64,000 nucleotides of DNA from Paraspadella gotoi (lineage: Eukaryota; Animalia; Chaetognatha). Both the position numbers and the translations under genes were made by a program. A model generated the notes under the pieces. The model worked only from the letters and a program-made list of their open reading frames with translations, was not told where the DNA came from and searched no databases. The stretch spans positions 6,945,632-7,009,631 of the forward strand of contig CM119271.1 of NCBI GenBank assembly GCA_051294375.1, read 5' to 3'. Of this stretch, positions 62,326 to 64,000 are shown in pieces (within the stretch, counting starts at the first letter, position 1; every line of letters starts with the position of its first letter).

Positions 62326-63183
62326 ATGGTAAAGGTTGGGATAATTGGCGGTTCGGGTGTTGGAGGCTTAAGCAATGACGACCTGGTTGAAATCAAAACG
62401 TCTAACGTTTCGACACCCTTCGGTGATCCTTCGTCACAATTGGTCGAAGCGACTCTACTCGGGGTTCCCGTGGTTTTTATCGGACGACACGGTCCCGGAC
62501 ACTCAATCAGTCCCACCAACGTCAACTTTCGCGCTAATATCATCGCGCTGAAGGAGCGGGGATGCACTCACATCCTTTCAACGACGGCCTGTGGTTCTTT
62601 GATGGAGGGCATGCGCCCCGGCGATGTGGTTCTCTTAGATCAGTTCATCGATTGGACGACGAAACGCCAAAACACATTTTTCGATGGGACGCAAAGGCCA
62701 ACCGGGGACCGGTTCTACGCCGACGTGACTCACGTGCCCATGTCCGATCCGTTCTGTTCCAGAACGCGGAGAATTCTGGCGAAATGTTGCGAGAAGCTCA
62801 AGAAGTCGTCGACGCTCGATTATCACAATGGAGGAACAATGGTAACCGTCGAAGGCCCCAGGTTCTCGACCAGAGCCGAGAGCCGCATGTTCCAACTCCT
62901 CGGGGCGAATCTAATCAACATGACGACGGCGACCGAGGCGGCGTTGGCGAGGGAAGCTGGGATACCCTACGCCGCCATCGCTCTAGTCACCGACTACGAC
63001 TGTTGGAAGGAGCACGGAGAAGACCTTAACGTCGAGGCCATCATGAAGCAGATGGACGAGAATCGGGCCAACGCTTTGGCCCTGATTCGAGAAGCCGTCG
63101 TCGCCATCTCCGCCGAAGAATGGGGAGATCTTCTTGACAAGATGGAGAGGGAAGTGAAAAATAGTCAGGTCACCTCAAAGTAA
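62326..63183 (+). CDS. MTAP: S-methyl-5'-thioadenosine phosphorylase, intronless
   Basis: KVGIIGGSG, TPFGDPS, GRHG, TACGSL, DQFID, EGPRFSTRAES, NMT and TDYDCW. Confidence 0.96.
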   Translation: MVKVGIIGGSGVGGLSNDDLVEIKTSNVSTPFGDPSSQLVEATLLGVPVVFIGRHGPGHSISPTNVNFRANIIALKERGCTHILSTTACGSLMEGMRPGDVVLLDQFIDWTTKRQNTFFDGTQRPTGDRFYADVTHVPMSDPFCSRTRRILAKCCEKLKKSSTLDYHNGGTMVTVEGPRFSTRAESRMFQLLGANLINMTTATEAALAREAGIPYAAIALVTDYDCWKEHGEDLNVEAIMKQMDENRANALALIREAVVAISAEEWGDLLDKMEREVKNSQVTSK

Positions 63184-63755
63184 AACTGTTAATATTTTAA
63201 AAACTGGAAAAAAAACTTTTCTATCTTTTCCACCTTCCATTTTTACCGACTGAAAGTTTTTTTTTTCATCTATCGCCAGACATTTGACGGCTGTTAAATC
63301 GCAATTGATAACGTTTAGGACGAAAATTTAAAAAAAAAGGTTTTTTGATAATAATATGGTTAATAAGTTATTAACCATATTATTATCAAAAAATCATTGG
63401 TTATGAGGTAATATTTTTACCCTCCTAAGTTAGTGCTAACTTGGAAAATGTAAATAAAAATTGACATACGTAATGCAAATTGACGGCTGTAGCGGTTGTA
63501 GCTTAGATTTCGTGTATTTTCTAAAAAACACAACCTTCGCCTTTACATTTAGTAAATTTTCTCCTTTCCCTAGATGAAGTAGGTCTTTAAAATGACGAGG
63601 CATTTCCTCGTTGTTACACTTCTTTAATGGCTGCTATCAAAGTGCCCGTATAAACTCGGGAGGCCGTTTCGCTATAACTACGTCCCCCGTCCCCTGCTCT
63701 CCTCTCGATCTTTCTCTTTCCTCATGAGTGATCTCACCGTCTAATAGACTACGTC

Positions 63756-64000
63756 ATGGGTAGCTGCTTGAGCGCCAACAACACAGACGCCACCAATCCG
63801 AGCATCAGCTCTGAAGGCTTCGGGGAGACCCGCAGTGGCTCCTCCGCGCATGGTGGATCCAGAAGTGAGAGAACAGCGAAGTAGGGCCTAAAAATTTACC
63901 GTTTACTGTTTTCTTTACACCCCTTTTCCTCAGATCGCGCGGGTCGCCCGGTCGGTAAAACCCGACCGTTGAAGCCCGAAAGACCTCGTTGGAAATCGGA
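63756..64000 (+). CDS. Ubiquitin-domain-containing protein UBTD1/2, 5' part (exons 63756-63864, 63934 onward)
   Basis: MGSCLS myristoylation-type start; a phase-1 splice gives NRAGRPVGKTRPLKPERPRWKS, like the UBTD GRNxPLKxExxxWKS motif; cut by the window end. Confidence 0.7.

Noticed and set aside
1-64000. Prokaryotic features such as CRISPR arrays, rRNA, IS elements or defence operons
   Set aside because: No repeat-spacer arrays or rRNA were seen; the genes are spliceosomal-intron-containing animal genes.

Overview
Compact invertebrate (metazoan) nuclear DNA with GC-richer exons, short AT-rich spliceosomal introns and about 20 protein-coding genes, all on the + strand. Many stop-to-start gaps are only about 120-570 nt, which suggests a directional, possibly polycistronic or trans-spliced, cluster. 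Gene order: C2H2 zinc-finger gene (3' part), Ulp1/SENP-like protease, DAG lipase, SREK1/Srp54-like SR protein, LUC7L/LUC7L2, DPH7, WDR83, DLG1, a multi-CUT + C2H2 protein, PERK, CCT4, flotillin-2, COPS9, a Venus kinase receptor, a BED-finger + homeodomain protein, a cyclophilin, a SYCE2-like protein, PES1, MTAP and the start of UBTD1/2. Non-coding highlights: a young miniature LTR element (TRIM) whose LTRs each hold a full tRNA-like cloverleaf, Penelope-type minimal hammerhead motifs, a MITE, a structured SINE-like insert, a predicted four-way-junction RNA, candidate poison exons and microexons. Exon boundaries and homologies were read by eye and from memory of the families; no searches were run.
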